Notes under the pieces: generated by a model
Seen by the model: only the letters and a program-made list of their open reading frames with translations
Told to the model about the DNA's origin: nothing
Database searches by the model: none
Made by a program: the position numbers and the translations under genes
Shown: positions 1 through 19,039 of the stretch, one piece after another
Position numbering within the stretch: position 1 is the first letter of the stretch
Layout: every line of letters starts with the position of its first letter
Source of the DNA: the human T2T-CHM13v2.0 reference genome, Homo sapiens
Length of the DNA stretch: 64,000 nucleotides
NCBI RefSeq assembly: GCF_009914755.1
Contig: NC_060929.1
Strand: one strand, 5' to 3'

Positions 1-1062
1 AATCGAGACCCTGTCTCAAAAAAAAGAAAGAAAAAGAGAAAGAGAGAGAGAAAGAAAGAAATACTATCCAAAAGAAATGTGTTTTAGCCATATTAACATC
101 AGACAAAGTAGACTTGATGGCAAAAAGTATTATTGTGATAAAGCAGATCTTCACAGTGTAAGAATAAACCCATAGTCACAGAGGAAGATTTAACACATTT
201 TTTTCAATTATCGATGGGTTAGCAGACAAATAATTAGTAAGGATACAGAAGATATGAAAAATACAATGAAAAAGTAGCGTCCTGCACCACCAGATTACTC
301 ATTCTAACTACATATACTTTAAAAAACTGAATATACAAAATTCAAAACTTTTGTGCATCGAAGAATACTATCAAGAGGGTGAAAAGAGAACCCACAGAAT
401 AGGAGATGATAACTCAAAGAATAAATATCAATGAAACTAGGGATATAAATTAATAATTTAATAAATAAAAAACAAATAAGTGAAGAAAAAGGGACAAAAC
501 TTCCTTTTTCCTTGTAGAAGACTTTCAAATAATGTCTGTAGACAGTTGCCCCCTTAGAAGGTGGAGGTTAATTCCCATCCTATTGATTATAGACTGAACT
601 TAACCAACTTGTTTCCAAAGAATAGAGCATAGGAAGAGAAAAATTGTGACTTTACAAAGGAGAAGCCTGGAAGACATTCCCTTAACAAAGTAATCAAGGT
701 TAACATCATCAGTGATACTCAGATTTCTGATATGAAGTGATGAGAAGGGCACTTGCTCTTTTGATATTGTTCCTCAAATCCTTAACCCCAGTCTAATCAT
801 GTGATAACATCAGAAAAACCCAGATGAGCAACATTCTACGAAAACACCTGACTGGTACTTTTAAAACCTACCACAGCATGAAAAACAAGGAAAGACCAAT
901 CAACTATCACAGATTGGAGGAGACTGGGAGACATTACAACTAAGTGTCATGTGGAAGCCTAGACTGAATTCTGAAACAGAAAAAAAGGACAGAAAAAAAA
1001 ATGGTGAAATCCAAATAAAAACTTAGTTAATAGTATGGTACCTACGTTAATTTCTTAGTTTT

Positions 1063-1371
<309 letters not shown>

Positions 1372-1398
1372 AATTTCTTAGTTTTGAAAAACATACTA

Positions 1399-2117
<719 letters not shown>

Positions 2118-2382
2118 TCAATCTGAAGTTATTCCAAAATAACAAGCTTTGAAACTCAAGACAGACAAATCCCACAGAGAAAACACCAGAACCTGATGGC
2201 TTCACCAGAGGATTGTATCAAACATTTAAGGAGAAAAAAACAAAAAAAGCATTGTTATACAAATGCTTTCAAAATATAGAGGAAGAAACATTTCCAAACA
2301 AATTTTATAATGCCGGAAGAAACCCGACAAAAATATTACAGAAAAGACCACTATTCCTCATGAATATAGACATAAAACCCAA

Positions 2383-2484
2383 GATACATATGTGTGTGTT
2401 TGTATATGTATATATGTATATGTATATACACACACACATATTTATAAATATATCTGTATATATAATTTATAAATAAATATATGT
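2383..2484. repeat. (TA/TG/CA)n low-complexity repeat
   Basis: Directly visible alternating purine-pyrimidine tract. Confidence 0.9.
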
Positions 2485-3299
2485 AATACATCATGACTAA
2501 GTTAGGTTTACCCCAGGAATGCAATCTTGGTTTAACATTTTTGGTGCAGGAAAAGCATTAATGAAATTCAACACCAATTTATGGTGAAAATTCTTTAAAA
2601 ATTTAGAAGCCAACTCCTTCAGTTTGATCAAAGTTAGCTCCAAAAAATCAGCTAATTACATACCTAACGGGGAAATACTGCATGCATTTCCCACAAGCTT
2701 GGGAATAAGACAAAGATGTCTTCTCTTATCACTTCTATTTAATGTAGTACTCATGGTCCTAGCCAGTTCAGTTAGGCAAGAAAAAGAAATAGGCATAAAG
2801 ATTGGAAATAAATAAATGAAACGGTCTCTGTTCACAGGTGAAATTATTGTTTACATAGATCATTGCAGACATCTACAAAATAATTCCTAGAAGTACTGAG
2901 TGAATTTAGCAAGGTCACAGGATACAGGGTTGAGACACAAAACCCAACTGTTATTTCTATATTAACTGCAACAATTGGAAAAGACATTTTTTTAAAAATA
3001 GCAACAAATCACACAATTCTTAGTAATAAATGTAACAAAGTTGTGTAAGACTTGTACACCAAAGCCTTAAAACATTGCTGAAATTAAAGAAGATAGTTAA
3101 ATGGAGACATATATTGTGCTCATAGATTGGAAAACTCAATATTTGTAAGATGTCAGTTCTTCTCAAATGGACCTATTTTCAACACAATCCCAATCATAGG
3201 CTTATGTTTTTGTAGAAATTGGCAGGCTGATTTTAAAAATTTATATGGAAATGCAAGAGCCCTAGAAAAGGAAAATGTTTTAAACAAACAATAAATTAC

Positions 3300-3623
3300 A
3301 TCATTAGGGTGGGCCCTATCCATATGACTGGTGCCCTTATAACTAGAGGAAATTTGGACACAGAGGCATGCACATTGGGAGAACAACGAGGAAAGATGAA
3401 GGCAGAGTGATGTGCCTGCAAGTCAAGGAATGCTAAAGATTGCCAGCAAACCACTAGAACCTAGGAGACAGGCATGGAACAGATTCTCTCACAGCCTCAG
3501 AAGGAATAAACCTGCTAACACCTTAATCCTGGAGGCCTAGTCTCCAGAACTGTAAGATAATAAATTCCTGTTGTTTAAGCCAGTTTTTAGTACTTTGTTA
3601 TGGTAGCCCTAGCAAACTAATAC
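3300..3623 (+). mobile_element. MaLR LTR fragment (MLT1-like)
   Basis: ...CTCCAGAACTGTAAGATAATAAATTCCTGTTGTTTAAGCC...TATGGTAGCCCTAGCAAACTAATACA end. Confidence 0.85.
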
Positions 3624-3696
3624 AGATTTGGTATATGAGATACTAAGTTAGATTTGATTAAAACAAAAAGCTTCTGCTCATCAAAAAAAATCACTA

Positions 3697-8968
<5,272 letters not shown>

Positions 8969-9299
8969 TGGGTGACTTCTTAAAGTTACCCTTTATCAAC
9001 TACCCTACACCAGGCTCTGTGCTAAGTGTTTCTGTGCACTATCTTATTTCAACCTCACAATCACCCTTTGAGATAAATACTAAAGAGGTCTGAGCCTTTT
9101 AAATCATCATGGAATCAACCTAAGAATAGGCTGAGGTTAAAAAAAAATAAGTAAATCATCACGGAATGGATATAATCAAAAGTCTAAAGCAACATTTAAA
9201 AAATTTACAATATATAACTCATTTCTATTAAATAACTTCCACTGACCTCGAGTTCAGCTACCAAAGGATAAAGAGGAATCTAGAAATAAACCCATGACA

Positions 9300-10263
9300 A
9301 CATGTGAAAAATTGACCCGTTTTAATTATTTAAAAACAAAAAACACATCAAATTTCCTTTACCATCTACAATTCAGTTATATCCAAACACTCTAAGACCA
9401 AACAGAAGCAGGGATGACAATGAGACACTGAAGACACACGAAGGTGAATGCTGAAGACCATCAGAGTCCCAGCAGGAGGTCACGTCTTTCATTCAGACGC
9501 TCCAATGCTTTTCATTTCAGTTTGTTAAAGAACGTGTTTTACAGGAAGTTCTTTACAGTAATTTCATGCCAGACACCAGGTTTCTTCGATGGTACACAGC
9601 TCCATGAAATTTGTGTTTCCATCCAGTTGACAGGAATAAAAAGGAATTTTTATTTTTGTCTTTTTTTGGGCCGTAGAGACGTAAAATGGTCAGATTCCTT
9701 TAGGAATAAATGAGGAAAAGGAGAGGAAAGAGAAGATCTGGGCTGTGCTGGTGCTGGTTTCTACTCATCTTTCGGAGGGTGTGACTTCAAGAGTTAAATC
9801 ACACTTAGGCCACTACAATGATTAGTACTAGTTATCTTTTTTTAAGATGATAAAAAGGAAAGTATCCAATGGACATAAAAATGGTCAAAGGTTTTTTTAC
9901 TGCAGGTCAATTTTTCCCCCGACCAAAAAATATACAAAATGAACATATAATTGGGAGGGTAACTCTGCTGGACATTCCAATTCACTCATCTGCGTGTCCC
10001 CCACACGGGTAAGGGGAACAGGCGTTCGGTTTTATTAGTCATGTTACAGCAGTAACCAGATGTGTTAATGGCAGCTTATTTACGGTCCATCGATCCTTTG
10101 AACAAGTATAGGAAAGCATGGCTGTCAGTCTCTGACTGCTCACATCTGAGCACATTCAGCTACCATGGAAACTACAAGGGAAGGAAAAATATATTTATTC
10201 CAAGATTTACTGGGAGTTTTAAGTGCCCTTTCTTCCACAGAGCCCCAGAGTGGTGACAAGGTG
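9300..10263 (-). other. RBM22: RBM22 3'UTR
   Basis: Repeat-free sequence after the stop; ATTAAA at 9326-9321 followed by a GU/U-rich element; end position approximate. Confidence 0.8.
9321..9326 (-). terminator. RBM22: Distal polyadenylation signal ATTAAA of RBM22
   Basis: Plus strand tttaat; downstream on minus strand CACATGTTGTCATGGGTTTATTTC (GU-rich). Confidence 0.7.
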
Positions 10264-10394
10264 CTAGGGGCTGCTGTGTTTTCCAGCATGAGCTCCCATC
10301 CTCTGAGGGTCCTGAGAAGGATAGTGGATTGGTCCTGGAGCCCGCATGAAAGGAGGGGGTGGTCCCATTGGGTGGAACATGTGTGGCCCAAAAC
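10264..10394 (-). CDS. RBM22: RBM22 exon 11 coding part (FGPHMFHPM...GKHSSP*)
   Basis: CAG acceptor; TAG at 10266-10264; the eleven coding segments total 1263 nt = 420 aa + stop. Confidence 0.97.
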
Positions 10395-11407
10395 CTGCAG
10401 ATACGAGAGAACAAATGTGTTAGGCTGGTAGTTTCCTTGATAACCTTTCAAACCTCTCAATCTTGCTAAGGTTAAAACCACCTACACATAAATCAAGGTT
10501 GACACGGGGCTTAAGCAAATCTCAGTTCACAAACTTACTTCCACTTGTTATTTCCTTGGTTTTAGAAACCTTTCCCCCACAGTCCAAAAAACTCCACAGC
10601 ACTCAAGGTATCGCCTAGTATGTCATCTGAGTCTCTGCTATGTATCCAACATGCCAAATCCTACCAGACAGGATTCAGTCAGGATTTGGGAGATAAGAAA
10701 GAAATCAGGCTGATGGCAAAGACTGTGTCATCATTAACCTCAATGCTTGACACCAGAATGGAGGGTGCTCAGAAACCAGATTCTCTTCAGAGTATGGGCT
10801 CTCTGCCACAGGAGAACTGGCTACCTGTGATTTCCTTCCACTGTTAACACTGTCTACAGCAGTGCTATACGAAGTGCCAGTCCTCCACCTATTTCTGGCC
10901 ACTCAAGACAAAGAGCTTGAGTCAAAATGTAAATTATACGACCAGGCACAGTTTAGTTCATCTGACAGTTTTTTTGGTAACAAGACTTTCTCAATGAAGG
11001 AAGGGGTTCACTGATTACATTTTGGCACAAGCTCCTGATCTTGTGGCAGACAGGTGATAAACACTTTGTAAAATGACACCCGCTCACAGCCCACACTGGG
11101 CAATAGTGCTCTAGGGCATCCATTAGCATTTAGTTTAGAAAAGGGAACAAATTGGTGATAGATCTTTGTAATCTAATAATCTTACTCTGCTGACACATAT
11201 ACGCGGATCTTTAGAAAACTGGCCCCTTTCTTCTCCTCGGCAGAGCAGGAGAAAGAAAAATTTCAGAAATCCCAACAGATCAACTTTACTGGTAGACTTC
11301 TACAGAGCAAACTCACAGGATTTGGATGTGTTGAACATGATGGTGAGGTTTATGAGACAGAACTTTCACAAGGATTTCTCTGGGCTAAGAAGGAAGATGG
11401 AAGTTAC

Positions 11408-11539
11408 CTGGGGGTGGGGGTGGAGCAATGCCAGGGGGCGGTGGCAGAGCAATGTTCACCACAGCTGGAGGACCACTTGGGGGCAAGTTGAAGTAGTTGG
11501 CAGAGGCTTCTTCTTCTGCTGCAGGAGGAGGAGGAAGAG
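11408..11539 (-). CDS. RBM22: RBM22 exon 10 (proline-rich [10 protein letters not shown]...APPPPP)
   Basis: CAG acceptor, GTAACT donor, 132 nt. Confidence 0.97.
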
Positions 11540-11731
11540 CTGGAGGAGAGAAAATAGTCAACACATAGAGGGGAGAACAATTGTGCAACGCTGTTTCTAC
11601 CACCTTTACATTCTCAGAGGTCCTACTGGGAGAGTAGAGCGGCGACATGAACCAGACCTGGGTCCCATCTTCCAAAATAGGAACATCAGGGCAGAAAGAG
11701 CTTCTGAAGTCAGCAGGGAGTCTGCACTCAC

Positions 11732-11820
11732 CTCCTGGCAATCCTGGAACAGGTTCTAGTTTGATCCCAGAGTCTGTAGTTCCATCTTTCTCTTTTTCTT
11801 TTCCTCTGGCTGCCTGGGAT
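11732..11820 (-). CDS. RBM22: RBM22 exon 9 ([10 protein letters not shown]...PVPGLPG)
   Basis: CAG acceptor, GTGAGT donor, 89 nt. Confidence 0.97.
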
Positions 11821-12588
11821 CTGGGAAACACACATGCATACAGTCGGCACTCTGGCCCACCTTATCTCACACCTCTGCTTCTTACATTCCCCAGTCCAAT
11901 GGAGTTCCTTCGCTCTACCTCCTCCTCAGCACACACTCTTTTCCCATAAATGCCACTGTGCACAGTGAACAAGAGCAAAGGTTTTGACACCAGAAAAGAC
12001 CTGGGTTCAAAAGCTGCTAGAACTATCATAAGGACCAGAAAAGGCAACACATACGTGTTTAGCACAGTGCTTACCACATAGGGAGCGCTCCACAAAGGCA
12101 GATGCTGCTATTAGCCATCACTTCCCTGGTTCCAAGTTGGAGACATGTTCCCCCTTTGAACTGGGTCTTTCACCTGTGTCTCTCTTATGCAATCATCACT
12201 TTTAAACTTAAAATAGCGATTCTTCCCTGTTTTATCTTCTCCACTGGACAATCAGCCTCTAAGGGCAGAATCTAGGTCTAATTCATTTATAAACCCTAAA
12301 ATTCACCTTTCATGGCCTGGCATTATACTTGGCCTATAATAGCTAGTCACAAAAACATGAACCTTCAAAGGAGTAGATTATACACCAACCCCCTGAATAC
12401 ATTTCCAAAGCAGGGTTCTCCCAACATCCACAGGAATCAAGTATCACATAGAGAGTGATCTTTGAAAGATCTCTTTAAAGATCCTGTTCATTTAAGCCTG
12501 TTAACCAAAAGCCTACTAGTCTCCAGAAAATGAAATAGTTTCTTAAAAATCTAAGCAAAATGTCACTTAAAAATAGTTTAATTCTCAC

Positions 12589-12753
12589 CTTCCCCATTTC
12601 ACATTCAGTCTGCGGCCATTTACAATCAACTTATTAAAGGACTTCTCAGCAGCCACTTCTGCAGCCTGCCGTGTGGCAAACTGGATGAAAGCACACTGCT
12701 GTCTCTGCACAACAGTGATCGTCCGGATCTCTCCGAACTGGTAGAAATGATTT
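12589..12753 (-). CDS. RBM22: RBM22 exon 8 ([10 protein letters not shown]...CAFIQF...LNVKWG), RRM
   Basis: CAG acceptor, GTGAGA donor, 165 nt; RNP1-like QQCAFIQF. Confidence 0.98.
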
Positions 12754-13044
12754 CTGAAGGGAAACAGGCAGAGAAAAATGAAAGTGGGAGTTAAAAAAGA
12801 TGTACCCAGGAGACTGAAAATGGATTAACTTTCACTGACACACCACTAGGCAGGTGGGCCCCAAGGTTATCTGCCTAACTACCCGCAGGTCTCCACCCCA
12901 TATCTTGTCCTACTGTGGGTGCTGCTGATTGAGAGAAGGAAAGAAAAATAATGAGTAAATAAAGGTTCTCAAACATCTCAGGGTTTTTTCCCATGGAGGA
13001 AAGGGGGTTCTAATAGGTTCTTTAAAGACCCTAAACCCTAGATA

Positions 13045-13185
13045 AGAGGTTGGCAAACCATAGCTCTCAAGGCCCATGAGCCAAGAAAGTTTAAAACAAG
13101 AATACGTGACAGAGACTGCATGTGGCCCACAATGCCTAAAATATTCACCATCCAGCCTCTTACAGCGAAAGTCTGCCAACCCCTG
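13045..13185. mobile_element. hAT-Charlie MITE (MER58A-like)
   Basis: TIR-like GAGGTTGGCAAAC ... GTCTGCCAACCCCTG. Confidence 0.75.
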
Positions 13186-13546
13186 GGGGTTGTCTAGCTC
13201 ACTTAGATAGGGTTTAATGGAGACAGGCTACCAAGGGCAGGTTATAAACTTACAGGAGTTTCTTCTCCACTTTATCTCTTTGGAAGAGGTAATTTCCATT
13301 ACTATCTGCCCAGAAGTCTCATCTAGCCAAGCATAATACAAGCCAAAAATAACACAAATTTATCAAATGCCAGTCTCTTTAAAAACCAACAATTTAAACC
13401 ACAAGAGTTTTATCATCGCAAAGCTCTCCCTCCTCTACATAATTCATCATACTTGGATGCGTGCCATCCTTTAAAACTTGGCTGTTAGGTCAAATAGAAT
13501 CCTATGTCATTATTACCATATGCCAGGATGGATAAGCACTCTTTGA

Positions 13547-13720
<174 letters not shown>

Positions 13721-14018
13721 TAGTAGAGATGTGGTCTCACTATGTTGCTCAGGCTGGTCTCAAACTCCTCGGTTCAAGAGATCCTCCCAAAGTGTTGAGA
13801 TTACAGGCATGAGGCACTGTGCCCAGCCACATAAGCACATTATTACTGTGGCACCATAAAGGACAATTTTACAAAAATTCCAGTCAGCATGATACTAACA
13901 ATAGAGAGACTACAGAAAAATGTATTTTGTACAGAATGATCATTCTTGCAGTTTTTGCAAATAAATTATTCCAGGGCAGTTAAAGGCAAAAATAACTCTC
14001 TAACTTATACCCACAAAC

Positions 14019-14219
14019 CTTAAATCTGTCTCAGTAATGGTATCACCTAGACCACCAACATATAGTGTGGTGATAGTTTTATCCTCTGGTGGGTCCAGCC
14101 GAGGCATTGTTGAAGCCCGCTTTAGAAGCTTGTCAGCTACAGGATCATTGATTCCGTAATAACGGTCTTTAATATTCTGATCAGCAAGGGGGTCATCTGG
14201 ATCTGTAGGCTTCTCATGT
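14019..14219 (-). CDS. RBM22: RBM22 exon 7 ([10 protein letters not shown]...[16 protein letters not shown]), start of RRM
   Basis: TAG acceptor, GTTTGT donor, 201 nt; RNP2-like LYVGGL; seen in ORF 14000..14284. Confidence 0.98.
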
Positions 14220-15045
14220 CTATGATTCAAGAAAAAAACAAGGCATAAAGGTGAAACGAAGGTGAAAAAATGATTATCTTCCAAGAGTAGCTACATATTA
14301 AAGTCCTAGATACATATTCTGAAGTGCCTTTTGAACTAGAAACTATGGTTTCTACCAAAATATAATTACCAAAATAGACCTAATACCAAGAGATTTACTG
14401 TATCACGGAAGGAATTACTAGCCTCCTAAAAGCCATTAGGCCATCTAGGATGCCAAACTTTCCTTATAAATAAATACTCTTGACATGATCCACCCCCTCC
14501 CGCCCCCCAGAAAGGGACACATGATTACCCCTCTCTAGGTCAATGATTCTTAACACATTTGGGGTGCTGTATTCCACTGAGAATCTGATTAAAGCTATGA
14601 ACCTCGCCCCAGAGAAAGCACATACATTATTTTTTAGGGGGTGGGGTTAACCAATCCCAAATTAAGAACTCCTAATCCAGATGCTTGGCAGTCTTAACCA
14701 AAACATACACACCCTTTAGAAGTCTGACCTTACTTTGACTTCAACTATACATTGAGAGTCAACTCATTTAAACCATGGCAGTGAAGATTTACTTCTCAGG
14801 CAGAAATGTTTAGGGTCAGCATCTATATTGTATGGCATAGCAATTTAGTTTCCAAGGCTCAATTGTAAGTAAAAACTACAATTTATTCATGCTCTTCTAA
14901 ATTTCATAGTTCTAAGACATGAGGTATACCACATTAGTTGTATGACCTTTAGATTTTAAAGCAGAAACAGTTTAAGTTAGGACCTCCCACTTCTTAGATG
15001 AGAAATCATCTGAAAGCAAATACTGAAAATGAGGCTCGCTCTTGC

Positions 15046-15218
15046 CTGTATGGACATTCCTCTCCTCTCTTACACTCTCCTTTCACCCAGAAGGAGCAAA
15101 TGTGGGGTCGATTCCTTTTGTAGTAGGGTGTGGTCCGGGCCAGTTTGAGCAGCATGTCACTGGTAGATGTGGCTTTCCCCAGCATGCCAACTGGCCGTGT
15201 TCCATCAGAGTTAGAAAT
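15046..15218 (-). CDS. RBM22: RBM22 exon 6 (ISNSDG...[19 protein letters not shown]), CCCH zinc finger
   Basis: TAG acceptor; 173 nt; ends AG followed by non-canonical GCAAGA donor; frame fits exon 7. Confidence 0.96.
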
Positions 15219-15303
15219 CTAAGTGGGGATGACAAATTCAAAAGATAAATTATACAGACTGTGTCAATTCATTAGGATTTTTATCCAAAAAGTGGCAGCA
15301 TAC

Positions 15304-15404
15304 CTCTCTCTCCATATTCTGTGTATAGTACTCTTTGTTGACATCTGACTTTGGCATGTCATCTTTAAAAGACAATCCTGCGTCACGAACCTGGATGGGC
15401 AGGC
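15304..15404 (-). CDS. RBM22: RBM22 exon 5 (LPIQVRDAG...TQNMERE)
   Basis: CAG acceptor, GTATGC donor, 101 nt, phase 1/0. Confidence 0.97.
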
Positions 15405-17007
15405 CTGGTACAAAAAAAGAGGAAAAAGACCTCAGATGTATTTTAAAACATATCCATACTAACCATGCACACAGAATACATCATCTTTCCCTTCTCCTCT
15501 TTCCTATTTAGTACCAGAGACTTTACTATGTTTTTATTCAAACTCTTTAGCACCATCAGGTTACTTCTGCTACACAGCATGCTAAGAAATTGTCCAAATT
15601 CCTTGTCAGGAAATTTGATGAAATTAATGCTTTAGAAAAAATCTTTTAGGCTGGGTGTGGTGGCTCATGCCTGTAATCCTAGCACTTTGCAAGGCTGGAG
15701 CTGACAGATAGCTTGAGTCCAGGAGTTCGAGACCAGCCTGGTCAACGTGGTGAAACCCCATTTCTACAAAAAATACAAAAATTAGCTGGGTGTGGTGGTA
15801 TGCACCTGTAGTCCTAGCTACCCAGGAGGCTGAGGTGGATCACCTGAGCTTGGAAAGGTTAAGGCTGCAGTGAGCCATGACCATGCCACTGCACTCCAGC
15901 CTGGGCAACAGAGTGACACCCTGTCTCAAAAACAAAAAACAAAAAAATTATAAAAGAAAATTTTTAGATGAACAAACTGTGCCCATGGTCATATTCAACC
16001 TGTAAATTAGCTCCTAGTTTTTATTACAACATGATTTATTTAAAGTAAATGTAAAAGTGGTTTCTTTCTAGGTTAGTCTTACAGATCCTCTGGATAGTCA
16101 CAGTCATCTAAGGGTCACTGTACTCCAGGACCAGACGCCTCCTTAACAAACATATAAATAATATTACATAAAATGTGGCCAGGACTCTGACTAGAAGAGT
16201 AACTCTAATGAACTTAACATACATAAACTCATATATTTTTCCCTTTCCTTTAATAGTAAAAACTCTTGTTGAAAAATTATCTTTCTGAAAAACAGTCACC
16301 TATGGTTAAAAAAAAAATTACTCCCAAAAGCAGTTACTCTGAAACAGTAGCAATATATCAGTTCTAACAACACAATTGAAATAAAAGTCTAAAGCACAAT
16401 TAGGCTGGCTATAGTGGCTCTGGGAGGCCAAGGTGGGAGGACTGCTTGAGGCCAGAAGCTCAAAACCAGCCTGGGCAAAATAGTGACACACACACACACG
16501 TGCACTGGGTGTGGTGGTATACCAGGAGGCAGAGGCAAGAGGATCCCTTGAGCCCAGGAGTTCGAAGTTGCAGTGAGCTGTGATCACACCACTGTACTCT
16601 AGCCTGGGTGTCAGAGTGAGACCCTAACTCAAAAAATAAAATAAAATAAAGCACAATTACCCTGTGAGCTTCTGATTGGGATGGTGGAAAAAAGCTCTGG
16701 ATCAAGAAAGAAGCCTAAGGCAAATAAATTATCTATCATAGGATCAACGCCTTTTACCTCACTTGGGCTACAGAGATGAAGGTTTAGGCCACTTTTGATT
16801 AATTCCCAACTTTTCCTTAAGTTCCTACTATTGTTCAGGACTCTAGAGTGGCCTAATTATGGTTCTTTTCCTGGGAAAAGCAGACCACGGCAGACATTCC
16901 AAAGTGAAATCAGAACCAGAGCTAGGGTGCGAAGTGGGAGACAAAAGACTGACTTGTAGTTTTAGGCACCTGCACACTTTCAGATTTATTGGACAGGTCA
17001 AACATAC

Positions 17008-17140
17008 CATACTCTAGGTCTAAGAGGCAGGTCTGACAGACATTCTTCAATTTACTGCAGGTTTGGCACACTTCAGTCTTCTTGAAACGCATGCGGACTC
17101 CAGGGCACCAGCGAAACACTGTGAATGGCCTGGCACAGAT
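17008..17140 (-). CDS. RBM22: RBM22 exon 4 ([14 protein letters not shown]...CLLDLEY), Cys-rich zinc-binding region
   Basis: CAG acceptor, GTATGT donor, 133 nt; peptide visible in ORF 16922..17218. Confidence 0.98.
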
Positions 17141-17750
17141 CTGGAACACAAAGCAAGAGCCATAGAATGTCAATGGTCCTGATCTGGGCAATCTGGAGAT
17201 CTGATAACAACGGGGCATTCAAAAAAGGATCCCTGAATGTAGGATTTAGAAGAGACCTTAGCAATCATCTAGTTGATTTGATGTTTCAATACAATTTTCA
17301 GCATCCTTCTCCAGCAAAAATTCAGAGTACAGAAATGAAATAGCCAAAGGGTCAAAGTTCTTCCCATCCTAGAGCTAAGCACCAATAATAATCTGAACCT
17401 TAATCTTTTTTAGGGGGAGTGGGGAGTGTCATGTAATTTTTTGAGAAGCTTCTGACAAGAATGACCTTCCTCCTCAGCTAAAATGCTCGAGTGGACAGTC
17501 ATACACCACCTGGTGTACAAACTCCTCCAGTGCCCATCCACTGACACCGTAAGAATCTCTACATTAGAGGGTTCATTTTCTTACCTCCCACATAAACAGT
17601 TGCCAGCCAATGAATATATCAGTAATACATAAAAAGTTGTATAGCACTGATTTTTACTGGAAGACCTCAAAACTTAGTAAGCTGAAGGCTAATTTGGTAG
17701 AGAAAAGAAAAATGAAACAGAAATCATTACTCTTTAACAGACATACTTAC

Positions 17751-17780
17751 TTTGCATTCCTTCCCATACTTTTCTTTGGT
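17751..17780 (-). CDS. RBM22: RBM22 exon 3 (TKEKYGKECK), 30 nt
   Basis: TAG acceptor after pyrimidine tract, GTAAGT donor; fills the frame between exons 2 and 4. Confidence 0.97.
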
Positions 17781-18952
17781 CTATAATAGAAAAAAAATAG
17801 AAAAGAACTGGAGTTACAGAAAGAAAAAAGCCAGATGTCTACTCTTTCCTTAAACATAACCCAAGAAATGTGTCTGGAAATCCCTGGCATCCTAGAGAGA
17901 GAAAAACAGCAACAACAAAACCCAAAACCCAACCTTTTTTGGGAAGAGGGTAGGGAACATACTATAACAACATATTATAAGTGATAACATCTCAAGAGTA
18001 TATGGATCTGGGCTGGGTGGCAGTGGCTCACGCCTGTAATCCCAACACTTTGAGAGGCCAAGGTGGAAGGATTGCTTGAGCCCAGGAGTTCCAGACTAGC
18101 CTGGGCAACATAGCGAGATGCTGTCTCTACAGAAAAAAGAAATAGAGTATATGCATCTAATGCTAGGTAAGTGAGTGTCTTTCCACAGCCACAACTCTTA
18201 GGTTCATTTTTGGCTCCCAAGTTCACTCCCAAGAACTAACATTCCTAATGCTTTCCACAATCCCTAAATCAGAGAGGATACAGCTGTGGCCCGCCCACTT
18301 TACAAAGTTTAGTCAAAAGGTAGCTACTGTAGACTTGTCCTGTGCCAATGCCCGGAATATAGTAAATGTTCTGTTTAAACAGAACTATTCAAACATCTTG
18401 AACCATTCAAACATCGTGAACATACTAACATATCAACACCTCTACGACTACACAATAATACAGCCCTAACCTTATTATTGTTAACTGGTTCTAATTTTAC
18501 CCTAGTTTGTAACAAAGGGGGAATGCTTACTTTAAAGAGATAAAGTACACTGGCCAAAAGGCATTTGACCAGGATTCAGGAAACCTAGTTTCTAGTTCTG
18601 GTTCTCCTCCTATCATGCTGACATTCCTAGAGCCAGAATATGTGAACTTAAATCCCAGCTCCATTCCTTACTATTGTATGAAAAGACACAAACGCTCTCA
18701 CCTTCTGGTCAACAGACCTATTTCCTAGGTAAATGCTCAACAAATACTAGCTATCGTTATTACCCCTACATTACAGGAGTGTTACCGGATTCGTAAGAGA
18801 ATACACATGACAGTTCTTTGCAAGTCGTCCAGCACTTCGCGTTAGTAAAAGAGCATCATTTTTTCTGCTTGTCTAAGAGAAACACTTCACAGTGTGCAAG
18901 TACCACAACATCGACAGGACATGAATAACTCGTTTCACACGCGATCACTCAC

Positions 18953-19006
18953 CATTCGGATATATGGGTTTTCTCCAAGACATGTCTGGCACAGAATGGG
19001 GAAGTC
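18953..19006 (-). CDS. RBM22: RBM22 exon 2 (DFPILCQTCLGENPYIRM)
   Basis: CAG acceptor, GTGAGT donor, 54 nt, phase 0/0. Confidence 0.98.
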
Positions 19007-19039
19007 CTGGTGAAAATGGGAAATCTGGTTGAGGACCAC

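Noticed and set aside
10533-10545. GAA|GTAAGT donor-like site in RBM22 intron 10
   Set aside because: No clear upstream acceptor with a pyrimidine tract at exon distance, so a cryptic exon could not be supported
11322-11759. 145-aa plus-strand ORF
   Set aside because: Antisense shadow of the proline-rich RBM22 exons 9-10; no promoter or recognisable domain
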